A DNA stretch of 64,000 bases from Elusimicrobia bacterium GWA2_51_34. GTDB lineage: Bacteria; Elusimicrobiota; Elusimicrobia; Elusimicrobiales; UBA9959. Made by a program: the position numbers and the translations under genes. This document shows positions 42,007-51,498 of this stretch, in pieces (positions within the stretch are counted from its first letter, which is position 1; every line of letters begins with the position of its first letter). The notes beneath the pieces are model-generated. The model did not search any database. It had not been told where the DNA came from and saw nothing but the letters and a program-made list of their open reading frames with translations. The DNA lies in NCBI GenBank assembly GCA_001799565.1, contig MGTS01000020.1, positions 1,104 to 65,103 of the forward strand, in the 5' to 3' direction.

Positions 42007-42089
42007 TCTCAGAGTCTCAGGGTCTGGGAGTCTAAGAGTCTGTGAAGCGGTGAGATGCTTCTCAGACTCTTAGGCTCTTGGACTCCTGA
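42005..42089 (+). repeat. AGTCTCAG-type periodic-arm hairpin (nadK-recN spacer)
   Basis: It is built of 8-nt units. Positions 42017-42047 pair with 42058-42089 through 25 Watson-Crick pairs, 4 G.U pairs, 1 mismatch and 1 bulge on the + strand. Confidence 0.9.
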
Positions 42090-42108
42090 ACTGCCTGCTT
42101 ACAGTGCT

Positions 42109-43878
42109 ATGCTGAAAAAACTTACTGTTAAAAATTTTGCGCTTATAGAAAAACTGGAGCTTGAGCCGGGGCCGGGGCTTAATGTGTTCACCGGAGAAAC
42201 AGGGGCCGGCAAGTCCATAATTATCTCCGCCCTCGGTTTTCTTTTGGGGGAGAGAGCGGGATCAGATGTGGTGCGCCCGGGGGCAGCAATGGCTGAGGTT
42301 TACGGCGAATTTTCCTCCGCCGGACTTAACCGCGAACTGCTTGAAAGTTTCGGTCTTGCGGGCGGGTCAGTCGTGGACAGCGCCATAGGCCCACGACAGG
42401 CCAGTGTCACTGCTTCGCTTAACAACAGCTTCGCAGGACCGCGTCCCTTCGAAGCCTTGGCGAAGGAGGACGGTTTTATTACGCTTAAGCGGCAGACTGA
42501 CTCTAATGGGCGTACAAGGTCTTTTATTAACGCCAGGCAGGTTCCGCTTTCCCGTGTTTCAGCTCTGGGTTCGGCGCTGGTGGATTTTCACGGGCAGAAT
42601 GAGCATCAGAGCCTGCTTAAAATGGAAGTGCAGCGCGCTCTTCTTGACCGCTATGGCCGCCTTGAAAAACAGGCTGATGCCGTGCGTGAGGCTTTCCTGG
42701 AAGCGCAGATACTGCGCGGCCGTCTTGAAGCGGTTTCAATGTCGGAACAGGAACGGGAGCGCCTGTTTGATCTTTACCGCTTCCAGCTTAAAGAAATAGA
42801 GGAAGCCGCGCTAAAACCCGGCCAGGAGGCCGAGCTTGAGGCGCTGTATCCCAGGTTGAAAAACGCCGAAAAGCTTTTCACTCTTTCAAACGCCGCCCAT
42901 GAGCTAGCGGCCGGGTCCGAGTGCGCAGCCAAGACTAACCTTGAAAAGGCTCTTGAAAAACTAAAGGCATTGGGCGAGCTCGACGAAGGCGCTCCGGCGC
43001 TTGCCGCCAGGCTTGAAAACACGCTTATTGAATTAGGCGATATTTCCGAGGAGCTTTATAAATACTCAAAAGGGCTTGATACCGACCCGGCCAGGCTTGA
43101 TGCCTGCCTCTCCCGGCTTGAACAGATATCCCTGCTTAAGAAAAAATACGGTCCAGATGAAAATTCCGTTATTGCCAAAGGGGCGGAACTTAAAAATAAA
43201 ATAGCCGGGCTTGAAGACCTCAGCCTTAACCGTGCCGACGCGGGCAAAGCTCTTGAAAAAAGCGAAGCGCTCCTTCTTAAGCTCGCGCGCTCGCTGCATA
43301 CCGCGCGGCGCGGCGCCGCGGTAAAGCTGTCCGCCCGTACAAAAGACGAAGCGGCGGAACTCGGATTTAAAGAGTTGCGTTTTGAGGTGGCAGTGGAAGC
43401 GGAGGAGGATAATATATCCTCATCCGGTTGTGATGCCGTGGAATATCTTTTTTCGGCTAACCCGGGTTATCCGCTGCGCCCTTTAAGATACACGGCTTCC
43501 GGCGGTGAAATGTCCCGTGTAATGCTTGCCCTTAAAACAGTGCTCGCCGCCGCCGACAGAATAGGGATACTTGTCTTTGACGAGGTGGATACGGGGGTAG
43601 GCGCGGTAACAGGGCGGCTGGTAGGACAAAAGCTTTGCCGGCTTTCCACTGGAAAACAGATCTTCTGCATAACCCATCTGCCGCAGGTGGCCGCTTTCGC
43701 GGAAAAGCATTTCATCGTTGAAAAGACTTCGCTTAATAAATCTTCCACCGTCATGACACACGCGCTTTCCGCCGCGGATAGAACCGCTGAAATAGCCCGT
43801 ATGCTTGGCGGGAAAAAGCAATTCACGGACCTCGGCCTCAAGCATGCCCGCGAGCTGCTGGCTGAATCCGGAATATAG
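42109..43878 (+). CDS. recN: DNA repair protein RecN carrying an in-frame repeat insertion
   Basis: It contains 'MLKKLTVKNFALIEKLELEPGPGLNVFTGETGAGKSI' (Walker A), an SMC-like coiled coil, the signature 'ASGGEMSRVMLALK' and 'LVFDEVDTGVG'. The ATG at 42109 was preferred because the track start at 42055 lies in a repeat loop. Confidence 0.9.
   Translation: MLKKLTVKNFALIEKLELEPGPGLNVFTGETGAGKSIIISALGFLLGERAGSDVVRPGAAMAEVYGEFSSAGLNRELLESFGLAGGSVVDSAIGPRQASVTASLNNSFAGPRPFEALAKEDGFITLKRQTDSNGRTRSFINARQVPLSRVSALGSALVDFHGQNEHQSLLKMEVQRALLDRYGRLEKQADAVREAFLEAQILRGRLEAVSMSEQERERLFDLYRFQLKEIEEAALKPGQEAELEALYPRLKNAEKLFTLSNAAHELAAGSECAAKTNLEKALEKLKALGELDEGAPALAARLENTLIELGDISEELYKYSKGLDTDPARLDACLSRLEQISLLKKKYGPDENSVIAKGAELKNKIAGLEDLSLNRADAGKALEKSEALLLKLARSLHTARRGAAVKLSARTKDEAAELGFKELRFEVAVEAEEDNISSSGCDAVEYLFSANPGYPLRPLRYTASGGEMSRVMLALKTVLAAADRIGILVFDEVDTGVGAVTGRLVGQKLCRLSTGKQIFCITHLPQVAAFAEKHFIVEKTSLNKSSTVMTHALSAADRTAEIARMLGGKKQFTDLGLKHARELLAESGI
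42397..42473 (+). repeat. In-frame GC-rich palindromic element, family 1 (short form), inside recN
   Basis: It shares the 46-mer and tail with pheT, and the inner hairpin is replaced by CTTGG. Its first 16 nt, CAGGCCAGTGTCACTG, are identical to noncoding 30985-31000. It translates to 'ASVTASLNNSFAGPRPFEALAKEDG'. Confidence 0.9.
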
Positions 43879-43897
43879 CGCAAGGAGACCTTACACC

Positions 43898-45337
43898 ATG
43901 GAAGTGAGAACCAGATTCGCGCCCAGTCCGACCGGGTATATGCATATCGGCAACCTCCGGACTGCTCTTTATTCGTACCTGCATGCGAGGAAGAACAAAG
44001 GTAAGTTTATATTGCGGATAGAGGATACCGACCAGGCCCGGCTTGTGGCGGACAGCATCAGGGTGATCTATGACAGTCTCGCGGTTACCGGCCTGGAGCA
44101 TGATGAGGGGCCGGACAAAGGCGGTCCGGTCGGGCCTTACGTGCAAAGCGAGCGGCGCGCGATCTACAAGGAGTATGCCGAAAGGTTGCTGAGCGAGGGA
44201 CATGCCTACCGGTGTTTCTGCGAAAAGGACGAGAAGACGGAAAAACAGCCGGATGAGGAACAGGAAGGCCCTCTGCTCGGCTACGACGGGCGGTGCAACA
44301 GGCTGTCCGAGGCCGAGGTTAAGGAGAACCTGGCCAAGGGCAGGCCTTACGTCATCCGGCAGAAGATAGACCGGGAAGGGCAGACCTCTTTCAACGATTT
44401 CGTTTACGGCCTGATAACCGTGGATCATAAGCAGCTGGACGACCAGATACTGCTCAAGCGTGATGGCTACCCCACCTATAATTTCGCGAACGTAGTGGAC
44501 GATCACCTGATGGGGATAACCCACGTCATGAGGGGCTGTGAGTATATTTCTTCGACTCCGAAATATATCCTGCTTTACCGCGCTTTCGGTTGGAGTATTC
44601 CGGAGCACATCCATTTGCCGCATATCCTGAACGAGGCCGGGCGCAAGCTTTCAAAGCGCGAAGGCAGTGTTGCGCTTTCTGATTTCCTGGAGAAAGGCTA
44701 TCTGCCGGAGGCCATACTGAACTACATAGCCCTACTGGGGTGGAACCCCGGGACCGAGCAGGAGTACTTCACTAAGGCCGGCCTGGTGGAAAAATTCGAT
44801 ATCGCCAGGATAGGCCGGTCCCCGGCTATCTTCGATGAGAAAAAGCTTTCCTGGCTAAACGGACAACACCTGAAGGCCATGAAGCCCGAAGACGCACATA
44901 AGCTTTTTCTGAAGTTCTACCCCGAGAAGATAGTAACAGCGCTTGACGTCAGGAAGCTTTCAGGCCTTATACAGAGCAAGGTTGAGAAGCCCGCCGACAT
45001 CCTGGGGATGGTGTCTTTCCTGTCGGAGTTGGATGAATATCCCATGGAGCTGTTCGTCAACAAGAAGAACAAAACCACCCCTGAAAGCAGCCGTGCCGTA
45101 TTGACTGACCTCAAGAGCATTCTTTCAGGACTGACCTCTTGGGAATATGCCGTAATTTATGCCGCCGTCAATTCTTGCGCTGAAGCTAAAGGTTCTAAGA
45201 TAGGCCCGATAATGTGGCCGTTGAGGATAGCCCTTTCGGGTTTGGCCGTAACTCCGACCGGCGCCATTGAAATAGCTGAACTGCTGGGCAAGGACGAAAC
45301 CCTGCGCAGGATCTCGGTTGGCATCGGGAAATTATAG
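43898..45337 (+). CDS. gltX: Glutamate--tRNA ligase
   Basis: It contains 'MEVRTRFAPSPTGYMHIGNLRTALY' (HIGH) and 'KLSKREG' (KMSKS). The ATG at 43898 was preferred over the track start at 43805, which overlaps recN. Confidence 0.92.
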   Translation: MEVRTRFAPSPTGYMHIGNLRTALYSYLHARKNKGKFILRIEDTDQARLVADSIRVIYDSLAVTGLEHDEGPDKGGPVGPYVQSERRAIYKEYAERLLSEGHAYRCFCEKDEKTEKQPDEEQEGPLLGYDGRCNRLSEAEVKENLAKGRPYVIRQKIDREGQTSFNDFVYGLITVDHKQLDDQILLKRDGYPTYNFANVVDDHLMGITHVMRGCEYISSTPKYILLYRAFGWSIPEHIHLPHILNEAGRKLSKREGSVALSDFLEKGYLPEAILNYIALLGWNPGTEQEYFTKAGLVEKFDIARIGRSPAIFDEKKLSWLNGQHLKAMKPEDAHKLFLKFYPEKIVTALDVRKLSGLIQSKVEKPADILGMVSFLSELDEYPMELFVNKKNKTTPESSRAVLTDLKSILSGLTSWEYAVIYAAVNSCAEAKGSKIGPIMWPLRIALSGLAVTPTGAIEIAELLGKDETLRRISVGIGKL

Positions 45338-45442
45338 CTTGATATTCCGTGCCATACCTTCCGGGTTTGCTGTAACAATTTAGCCATATCTTTGTCTTAA
45401 ATTCCAAACACCCTCTTTGTAGAATTATATTGTGGATAATTG

Positions 45443-45521
45443 CTTAGGCAGATAGGCTGTAAGCTATTAGGCTGTTACTCAAATCTGATTTTTACCTAAT
45501 AGTCTAACAGCCTGCAGCCTG
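45443..45521. repeat. TAGGCTG-type periodic-arm inverted repeat (upstream of the GYF gene)
   Basis: CTTAGGCAGATAGGCTGTAAGCTATTAGGCTGT ... CCTAATAGTCTAACAGCCTGCAGCCTG. The loop contains AAATCTGATT (45481-45490). Confidence 0.9.
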
Positions 45522-45546
45522 AACGACCTTAGCAGTTACAAACTCT

Positions 45547-48219
45547 ATGAAATACTGGTTCTATTCCGAAGGCAATATTCTTGGCCCCTACGCCCCCGGC
45601 GAACTGCTTACTCTGCCGGCTTTCGCGCAGGACAGCCTTGTTTGCCTTGAAACTTCCACCGGAGATAAACCGGATGACTGGAAGCCGGCTTCCCAAGCGG
45701 AGGAAATAGAGGAAGCTTTAAGTGTGGGAGCCGGTAAATCAATTTCTTCAGGCTATGGCGGCATTGGGGATCTTTACGCGCTTGAAACCGGTTTTTCACA
45801 AGTGTCAACACCCGTCTATGAAAGCGCCTTTGAACAGGGCTATGCCTGTGAAAATCTGCTGGGCACAATAGACGATATTCTTAAGACCGGGGACGGCGGT
45901 TCTGCCGGCGAGCCTGAGATATCGGCCTATTCCGCTTCAGGTGGCCTGTCCGCAACTGAGTGGAAAAGTTCTTTTGACTATGACCAGATGGATAAATTTG
46001 ATGTTCCTCTCTCAAAAATACAGGAGGATCTGGAATTGGCCCGCTGGGAAAAAGACCTTTTGCAGGAAAAAGTAAGACTGAAGGACCTGGAGGACAGGAA
46101 ACAGCGTGATCGTATAGAGGAATTGGAAGTCAGGCTGAAGACGGTGCTGGACCAGGGCGGCGCCATGGAAAAAGAATTTGAGCAGTTGCGCCAATCCTCA
46201 GGAGGTTCCGTCCCAGAGGCCGCTGGCCCACAAAACGGCCGTCTGGAGGATTTAACGGAACAGGCCGAAACCGTAAGAAAGACGGAAGAAATTAACAAAG
46301 ATAATTCAGCTGAACTCTCGTGCGCTTCTTCGGCCGGGCCGAAAAATACGATTAACGAAAAAGACATTAGAGTTTTAAAGAACCTGAGGGTTTCCGATGA
46401 GGTAAAACTTGAAAGGCTTGGTGACAGCGATGACGCCGCGCAAGCTGGAAATAGCATTACCAGCCGCAGGCTGAAAAGCCTGGGCGGAAGCGCTAAAAGC
46501 CAGGAAGGCCCCGGCTTATTGGCGGAGGATGAGGCGACATCCAGCCAAACCGGGGGAGGGGCGCCCAGTATTGAACCGCCGCCGCTTGCAACTCCGGAGC
46601 CAAAGCCTGAGACATTGTCCGCATTAAACGGCGGAGCCCTTTCCGTGGATTTGCCGCAGGGGGACGCCGCACAGCGGCCTCCCTTGCTGCCGGCCACTAC
46701 CGGTAATTTGGAGTCTTTGCCTAAGTCGGACGGGGTGATTCAGGACTTTACAGCTGAAACTCCAAAAAGCGAAGAGCCTTTTAAAAAGACGCAGATCAAT
46801 TCAGGGTTGCCTGGCCATGGCGGATTTCCTGATCATGCAGGTTCCGTTTCCCAATCCTTTGGAGGTGCCGTCCCAGAGGCCTTTGGCCCACAAAACGGCC
46901 AATCCTTTGGAGGTGCCGTCCCAGAGGCCGCTGGCCCACAAAACGGCCAATCCTTTGGAGGAGGGGAAACCGCATTTGCGGTGTCCCCTCAGTCGCGGAC
47001 GACGCCAGGCCGGATGACAGCGCCGGAGGCCACCGGCACGCCAGAGTCAGAGGCCCGCGACAGGTCAGAGCCACAGCCGGTGGGAAAGGGTGTCCCAGAG
47101 GCCTCAGCCGCGGAGGCTATTCAGGATCAGGCACAAAAAGCGCCTGACTCCACCCCTGTCAAACAGCAGCCGGTTTCCGTTCCGGATAAAATGGCGCGCA
47201 TAACAATATCCGGCAATGGGCTGAAAACGGAGGTTGAATCCCAGGTCAAACCGGCCAGAAAAGGCGGAAGACTGGCATTTATCGCTATCATCATAATTTT
47301 TGGCGCCATAGCTGCGGGAGGGCTTGGTTTCTTCTTTCTTGGCGATGGCCTCAGCTTTTCAGAATTTTCAATGCTTGATTTCAATTCTTTAAAACGCGCC
47401 CAAAAAAGCATCATGCCTTCTCAGCTTGAACCGCAGGTTAGCGATAAAAACGCTGGCCAATCCACCGAAGTTGCCGTCGCGGGGGCCTCAGATGCGGACA
47501 GCGCCAGTGTCCCGCAACAGGTCAGCGTCTCCGGTCAGCAAAACGGTCTGCCGGCAGCGGAGAACGCGGTAAAAAGCGTTCCTGAAAACCAGTCCGGAGG
47601 GGCTCAAAGCCCTGCCACAGCTGCGGAGCAGTCGCCTGAAAAAACTTCCGCGCCGCTTGCCGTAAATGAGGGAGTTAAAACCGCGATTGAGACAGTTAAA
47701 AACTACAAATTATCCGGAGGCAGGGGCGCTATCGGCGGCTGGTTTGCCAATTCTTTTCTTTCTGGTTCTTCCGGCGCCGCGTCCGAAGAGTGGTCGGCAA
47801 CTCCGCTTCACGGAGATATTCTTGTTGTGCAGTATCGCCTGATAAGGCAAAAGCAGGACCCGCTTATTTATCAATTTGAAGTGGACGGCGCAAAAAACGA
47901 CATAATCCGCGGTATCAACAATAATGCCATAGAACTGCTGGATTTCTCCTCCGGAAAAACAGAACAGTCCGCGGTTTACGCTCCTAAACCGGAAGGTCGG
48001 GTAAGAAAAATATCGGCAAAAAAACTTTCCGCCAAAGCTAAACTGGTGAGAAAGCCAGGCAAGTCTAAAGGAGTCCCTTTACTCCCGCTGCCGGACGCGC
48101 CGGCGGCTGGCCTTAACAACGAAGATGAGGATTCAGCCGGTTTTGAAGATGCTCAATCGGATAACGGGGAAAAGGTGGAATACATAAAAGCTCAGGAATC
48201 CGACGAGGAGTTGTTCTAG
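45547..48219 (+). CDS. GYF_2 (DUF4339)-domain protein with coiled coil, internal repeats, one TM and a C-terminal domain
   Basis: The N-terminus 'MKYWFYSEGNILGPYAPGELLTLPAF' is GYF_2-like. It also has a coiled-coil 'LQEKVRLKDLEDRKQRDRIEELEVRLK', 'SFGGAVPEA(F/A)GPQNGQ' repeats and the TM 'LAFIAIIIIFGAIAAGGLGFFFLG'. It lies directly upstream of pilB. Confidence 0.65.
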   Translation: MKYWFYSEGNILGPYAPGELLTLPAFAQDSLVCLETSTGDKPDDWKPASQAEEIEEALSVGAGKSISSGYGGIGDLYALETGFSQVSTPVYESAFEQGYACENLLGTIDDILKTGDGGSAGEPEISAYSASGGLSATEWKSSFDYDQMDKFDVPLSKIQEDLELARWEKDLLQEKVRLKDLEDRKQRDRIEELEVRLKTVLDQGGAMEKEFEQLRQSSGGSVPEAAGPQNGRLEDLTEQAETVRKTEEINKDNSAELSCASSAGPKNTINEKDIRVLKNLRVSDEVKLERLGDSDDAAQAGNSITSRRLKSLGGSAKSQEGPGLLAEDEATSSQTGGGAPSIEPPPLATPEPKPETLSALNGGALSVDLPQGDAAQRPPLLPATTGNLESLPKSDGVIQDFTAETPKSEEPFKKTQINSGLPGHGGFPDHAGSVSQSFGGAVPEAFGPQNGQSFGGAVPEAAGPQNGQSFGGGETAFAVSPQSRTTPGRMTAPEATGTPESEARDRSEPQPVGKGVPEASAAEAIQDQAQKAPDSTPVKQQPVSVPDKMARITISGNGLKTEVESQVKPARKGGRLAFIAIIIIFGAIAAGGLGFFFLGDGLSFSEFSMLDFNSLKRAQKSIMPSQLEPQVSDKNAGQSTEVAVAGASDADSASVPQQVSVSGQQNGLPAAENAVKSVPENQSGGAQSPATAAEQSPEKTSAPLAVNEGVKTAIETVKNYKLSGGRGAIGGWFANSFLSGSSGAASEEWSATPLHGDILVVQYRLIRQKQDPLIYQFEVDGAKNDIIRGINNNAIELLDFSSGKTEQSAVYAPKPEGRVRKISAKKLSAKAKLVRKPGKSKGVPLLPLPDAPAAGLNNEDEDSAGFEDAQSDNGEKVEYIKAQESDEELF
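46853..46962 (+). repeat. 48-nt tandem repeat (2.3 copies) inside the GYF-domain gene, with dispersed copies at 46201-46250 and about 47085-47110
   Basis: The unit is AATCCTTTGGAGGTGCCGTCCCAGAGGCC(TTT/GCT)GGCCCACAAAACGGCC. It contains the small palindromes CCAGAGGCCTTTGG and TTGGCC..GGCCAA. The CAAAACGGCC module also occurs in noncoding 31005-31016. Confidence 0.9.
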
Positions 48220-48277
48220 CACGAAAATTGCCTGTAACCTCCAGAATTCCAACTGGGGAATTCGGACTAACAGAGCC

Positions 48278-48427
48278 GTGAGTGGCCAGTTGCTAATGGT
48301 CAGTCGCGGCATTCTTTTTTGATGCATTCGGTATATATGTGGTAACATATTGTGAAAGATTTGAGTCTTCGTCGTTCCAATATTTTTCTTAGACTGGACA
48401 CTGACCACCGGGCACTGGCCACTTTCC
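48278..48427. repeat. CAGTGGC-type inverted repeat bracketing the pilB upstream region
   Basis: GAGTGGCCAGTTGCTAATGGTCAGT ... ACTGACCACCGGGCACTGGCCACTT (blocks of 10 and 8 perfect bp). The spacer is an 83-nt AT-rich stretch. GAATTC-containing motifs lie at 48244 and 48259. Confidence 0.8.
48319..48348 (+). promoter_or_regulatory. Candidate pilB promoter in the AT-rich loop of inverted repeat 48278-48427
   Basis: TTGATG, an 18-nt spacer, then TAACAT. This is the only AT-rich stretch in the GYF-pilB spacer. Confidence 0.3.
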
Positions 48428-48433
48428 GTTATT

Positions 48434-50203
48434 ATGGCTGAAAAAGGCATATTCATAAATATTTCAAAAAAGCTGGGGGAGATGCTTGTCTCCTCAGGCC
48501 TTATTACCGCTGTCCAGCTGGCGGAGGCGCTGGACCTGCAGAAGGCCGGCGGCGGCAAGCTCGGACACCTTCTGGTACATAAGGGCTACATAGAAGAAAA
48601 GCAACTGCTTTCATTCCTTAGCAAACAATTCGGCATAGAATTCGTAGATATGGCCGCTATGGAGATCCCGGACTCCGCCTTGAAAATTATTCCGGAAAAT
48701 ATCGCCCGCCGCTATAGTCTTATCGCTATCGGGAAAAAAGAGAACACTCTTAAAGTAGCCATGGAGGACCCGCTTAACATTGTAATCCTTGACGATCTTA
48801 AAATGATGACCGGCTACGACATAAAACCGGTTTTTGGTTCGGAAACCGATATCGCTTCGGCCATAAATAAATATTACGGCACCAAGTCCTCAAAGGAAGC
48901 CTTAGACGACATTCTGCGCAAGACCACCGGCGGCGTTACGGATATTTCACTGGTAAATACAGATGAGGGCGCTGGTACGGCGGACGACTTTCTTTCCCTG
49001 GAAGCGAAAGGCGAGGCCGCTCCCATAGTGCAGATGGTAAACCTTATTATTTCTTCGGCCATCAGGGCCCACGCCTCGGACATCCATATAGAGCCCGGCT
49101 ACAAAGATACCCGCGTGCGTTTTCGCATAGACGGCGTTCTGCATAACCAGCCCTCGCCTCCCAAAAAATTTCATAATGCCATTATCAGCCGTCTTAAAAT
49201 AATGTCCACCCTGGATATCTCTGAGCGCCGCCTCCCGCAGGACGGTCGCAGCAAATTAAAAATTGATGACCGAGAAATAGATCTGCGCGTTTCCATTCTG
49301 CCCTGCGGCCCCGGGGAAAAAGTCGTAATGAGAATACTTGACTCCTCAGGCCTGAAGCTTAAGCTTGAGGATCTGGGTTTTGAGCCGGAGAACCTGGCTA
49401 TTTTTTCCAAGTGCCTGAAGGCGCCGCACGGCATTAATCTGGTGACCGGGCCTACAGGATCTGGCAAATCCACCACGCTTTATTCGGCGCTGGCCACCAT
49501 GAATGAGCCGGATGTAAACATTGTCACCATAGAGGATCCCATTGAATACAACCTGGAAGGCATAAACCAGGTTATGGTGAATACTGATGTGGGGCTTACT
49601 TTCGCTTCGGGCCTGCGGTCTTTTCTGCGACAGGACCCCGACATTATAATGGTGGGGGAAATTCGCGACTTTGAAACTATGGCCACCGCTATCAATGCGG
49701 CCATGACCGGGCATCTTGTGTTTTCAACGCTTCACACAAACGACGCTCCCGGCGCCATCACGCGTATAGGCATGATGGGGGTGGAGCCGTTTCTGACTTC
49801 CTCCACGCTTTTAATGGTTGTGGCCCAGCGCCTTGTGCGGTCCATCTGTAAAAATTGCCAGGAAACCTACGAGATAAAACCGGAGATGATGATAAGCCTC
49901 GGTGTGTCAAAGGCTTTCCTTGATAACAATGCCAAAAATGGTAAAATAATTCTGTCAAGAGGCAAAGGTTGCGACATTTGCGCCCGAACCGGCTACAAGG
50001 GCCGGGTAGGTATTCACGAAATACTTGAGGTTAACGATGTAATCAGGGGGCTCATTATAGAGAAAGCCCATGTCGCAAAGATTAAGGACGCGGCCCGCAA
50101 GAACGGCATGATAACCTTGCGTGAATCGGCGATAAGGAAGCTTTTTGCCGGGCTGACCACGGTGGAAGAAGTGTTAAGGGTTACCAGCTCGGATGTGGAT
50201 TAA
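48434..50203 (+). CDS. pilB: Type IV pilus assembly ATPase PilB (GspE family)
   Basis: It has an N-terminal T2SSE_N/MshEN-like domain ('LGEMLVSSGLITAVQLAEALDLQ'), the Walker A 'GPTGSGKSTT', 'IMVGEIRDFET' and the tetracysteine 'CKNC..CDIC'. Confidence 0.9.
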   Translation: MAEKGIFINISKKLGEMLVSSGLITAVQLAEALDLQKAGGGKLGHLLVHKGYIEEKQLLSFLSKQFGIEFVDMAAMEIPDSALKIIPENIARRYSLIAIGKKENTLKVAMEDPLNIVILDDLKMMTGYDIKPVFGSETDIASAINKYYGTKSSKEALDDILRKTTGGVTDISLVNTDEGAGTADDFLSLEAKGEAAPIVQMVNLIISSAIRAHASDIHIEPGYKDTRVRFRIDGVLHNQPSPPKKFHNAIISRLKIMSTLDISERRLPQDGRSKLKIDDREIDLRVSILPCGPGEKVVMRILDSSGLKLKLEDLGFEPENLAIFSKCLKAPHGINLVTGPTGSGKSTTLYSALATMNEPDVNIVTIEDPIEYNLEGINQVMVNTDVGLTFASGLRSFLRQDPDIIMVGEIRDFETMATAINAAMTGHLVFSTLHTNDAPGAITRIGMMGVEPFLTSSTLLMVVAQRLVRSICKNCQETYEIKPEMMISLGVSKAFLDNNAKNGKIILSRGKGCDICARTGYKGRVGIHEILEVNDVIRGLIIEKAHVAKIKDAARKNGMITLRESAIRKLFAGLTTVEEVLRVTSSDVD

Positions 50204-50206
50204 CAA

Positions 50207-50295
50207 GGCCATAAGCCATAGGCCTTAGGCCATAAAAGGGAAGTGCTTTCTGCCTATGGCGTATGGCGGGCACGGTGCCCTTATGGCTTATGGCA
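50207..50295. repeat. GCCATAAG-type periodic-arm inverted repeat (pilB-pilT spacer)
   Basis: GGCCATAAGCCATAGGCCTTAGGCCATAAAA ... GCCTATGGCGTATGGCGGGCACGGTGCCCTTATGGCTTATGGCAG. Confidence 0.9.
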
Positions 50296-50318
50296 GACGG
50301 TTTTTTTAGGAGTTACTT

Positions 50319-51395
50319 ATGGTTACAATGAGCGATTTGTTTATATTGATGCATGAAAAAAATGCTTCCGATATACATATAACCGCCGGCGCTCCGCCCA
50401 TGCTTAGACTTGACGGCGAACTGCTGCCGACGCCATTTGAAAAGCTTAACCCGGACATGGTCCAGACTCTGGTGTTCTCGCTTATGACCGATGCCCAACG
50501 CCAGCGTTTTGAAGCCGTCAACGAGTTGGATTTCGCATTCGGCATAAAAGGCATGGGCCGCCTTAGAATGAACGCGTACCGCCAGCGTGGGGTGATAGGC
50601 GCGGCCATCCGCTCCATCCCGAGCAAGTTCAAGACCTTTGATGAACTGAATCTGCCGCCGATTGTTTACGAAATAATGAAGCTTACCAAGGGGCTTATAC
50701 TTGTAACCGGCCCCACAGGCTCCGGCAAATCCACCACGCTCGCCTCAATGATAGACTACTTAAATGAGCACCGGAACTACCACATAATCACCGTGGAAGA
50801 TCCCATTGAGTATGTGCATACCCACAAAAAAAGCATTGTCAACCAGCGTGAGGTGGGTTCCGATACCGAAACCTTCGGCGCGGCGCTTAGGCATGTGCTC
50901 AGGCAGGACCCCAATGTGATACTTATCGGCGAAATGCGCGACCTTGAAACCATAAGCGCGGCCTTAAATATCGCGGAAACCGGCCATCTGGTGTTTGCCA
51001 CGCTGCATACCTCGGACGCCGCGCAGACCATAAACCGCATTATAGACGTGTTTCCGCCGCATCAGCAGGCCCAGATCAGGGTGCAGTTGTCCTTTGTTTT
51101 GCAGGGTGTTATGGCGCAGCAGCTTCTGTCCTCCGCTTCCGGTACGGGCCGTGTTCTGGCCAGTGAGGTTTTAATGGCCAACTCCGCGGTAAGAAACCTT
51201 ATCCGGGAACAGAAGATTGAGCAGATAAATACCATTATCCAGACTGGCGGCAAGTACGGCATGGTTACCATGAACCAGGCTCTGGTGGACCTCTACAAGA
51301 AGCAGAAAATTACCTACCAGGAAGCCATCACCAGGTCCTCGGACCCTGAAGATTTGAAAAAACTGCTGCAGAAAACATTGTCGGTGCAGAGTTGA
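50319..51395 (+). CDS. pilT: Type IV pilus retraction ATPase PilT
   Basis: It contains 'ASDIHITAGAPPMLRLDGEL', 'GPTGSGKSTTLASMIDYLN', 'LRQDPNVILIGEMRDLETI' and 'GHLVFATLHT'. The ORF is 358 aa. Confidence 0.9.
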   Translation: MVTMSDLFILMHEKNASDIHITAGAPPMLRLDGELLPTPFEKLNPDMVQTLVFSLMTDAQRQRFEAVNELDFAFGIKGMGRLRMNAYRQRGVIGAAIRSIPSKFKTFDELNLPPIVYEIMKLTKGLILVTGPTGSGKSTTLASMIDYLNEHRNYHIITVEDPIEYVHTHKKSIVNQREVGSDTETFGAALRHVLRQDPNVILIGEMRDLETISAALNIAETGHLVFATLHTSDAAQTINRIIDVFPPHQQAQIRVQLSFVLQGVMAQQLLSSASGTGRVLASEVLMANSAVRNLIREQKIEQINTIIQTGGKYGMVTMNQALVDLYKKQKITYQEAITRSSDPEDLKKLLQKTLSVQS

Positions 51396-51485
51396 AGGCT
51401 GAGGAATAGGCTGAAGGCTATTAGGCTGTTAGTTAAATCTGATTCTTATCTACAGCCTACTCTTCCTTCAGCCTAATAGCCTTTC
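51394..51485. repeat. TAGGCTG-type periodic-arm inverted repeat (pilT-pilC spacer)
   Basis: GAAGGCTGAGGAATAGGCTGAAGGCTATTAGGCTGT ... ACAGCCTACTCTTCCTTCAGCCTAATAGCCTTTC. The loop contains AAATCTGATT (51435-51444), identical to the core at 45481. Confidence 0.9.
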
Positions 51486-51498
51486 TTGTTTAATAATT

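Noticed and set aside
43838-44623. 261-aa minus-strand ORF opposite gltX
   Set aside because: It is a shadow ORF opposite a gene with HIGH and KMSKS motifs.
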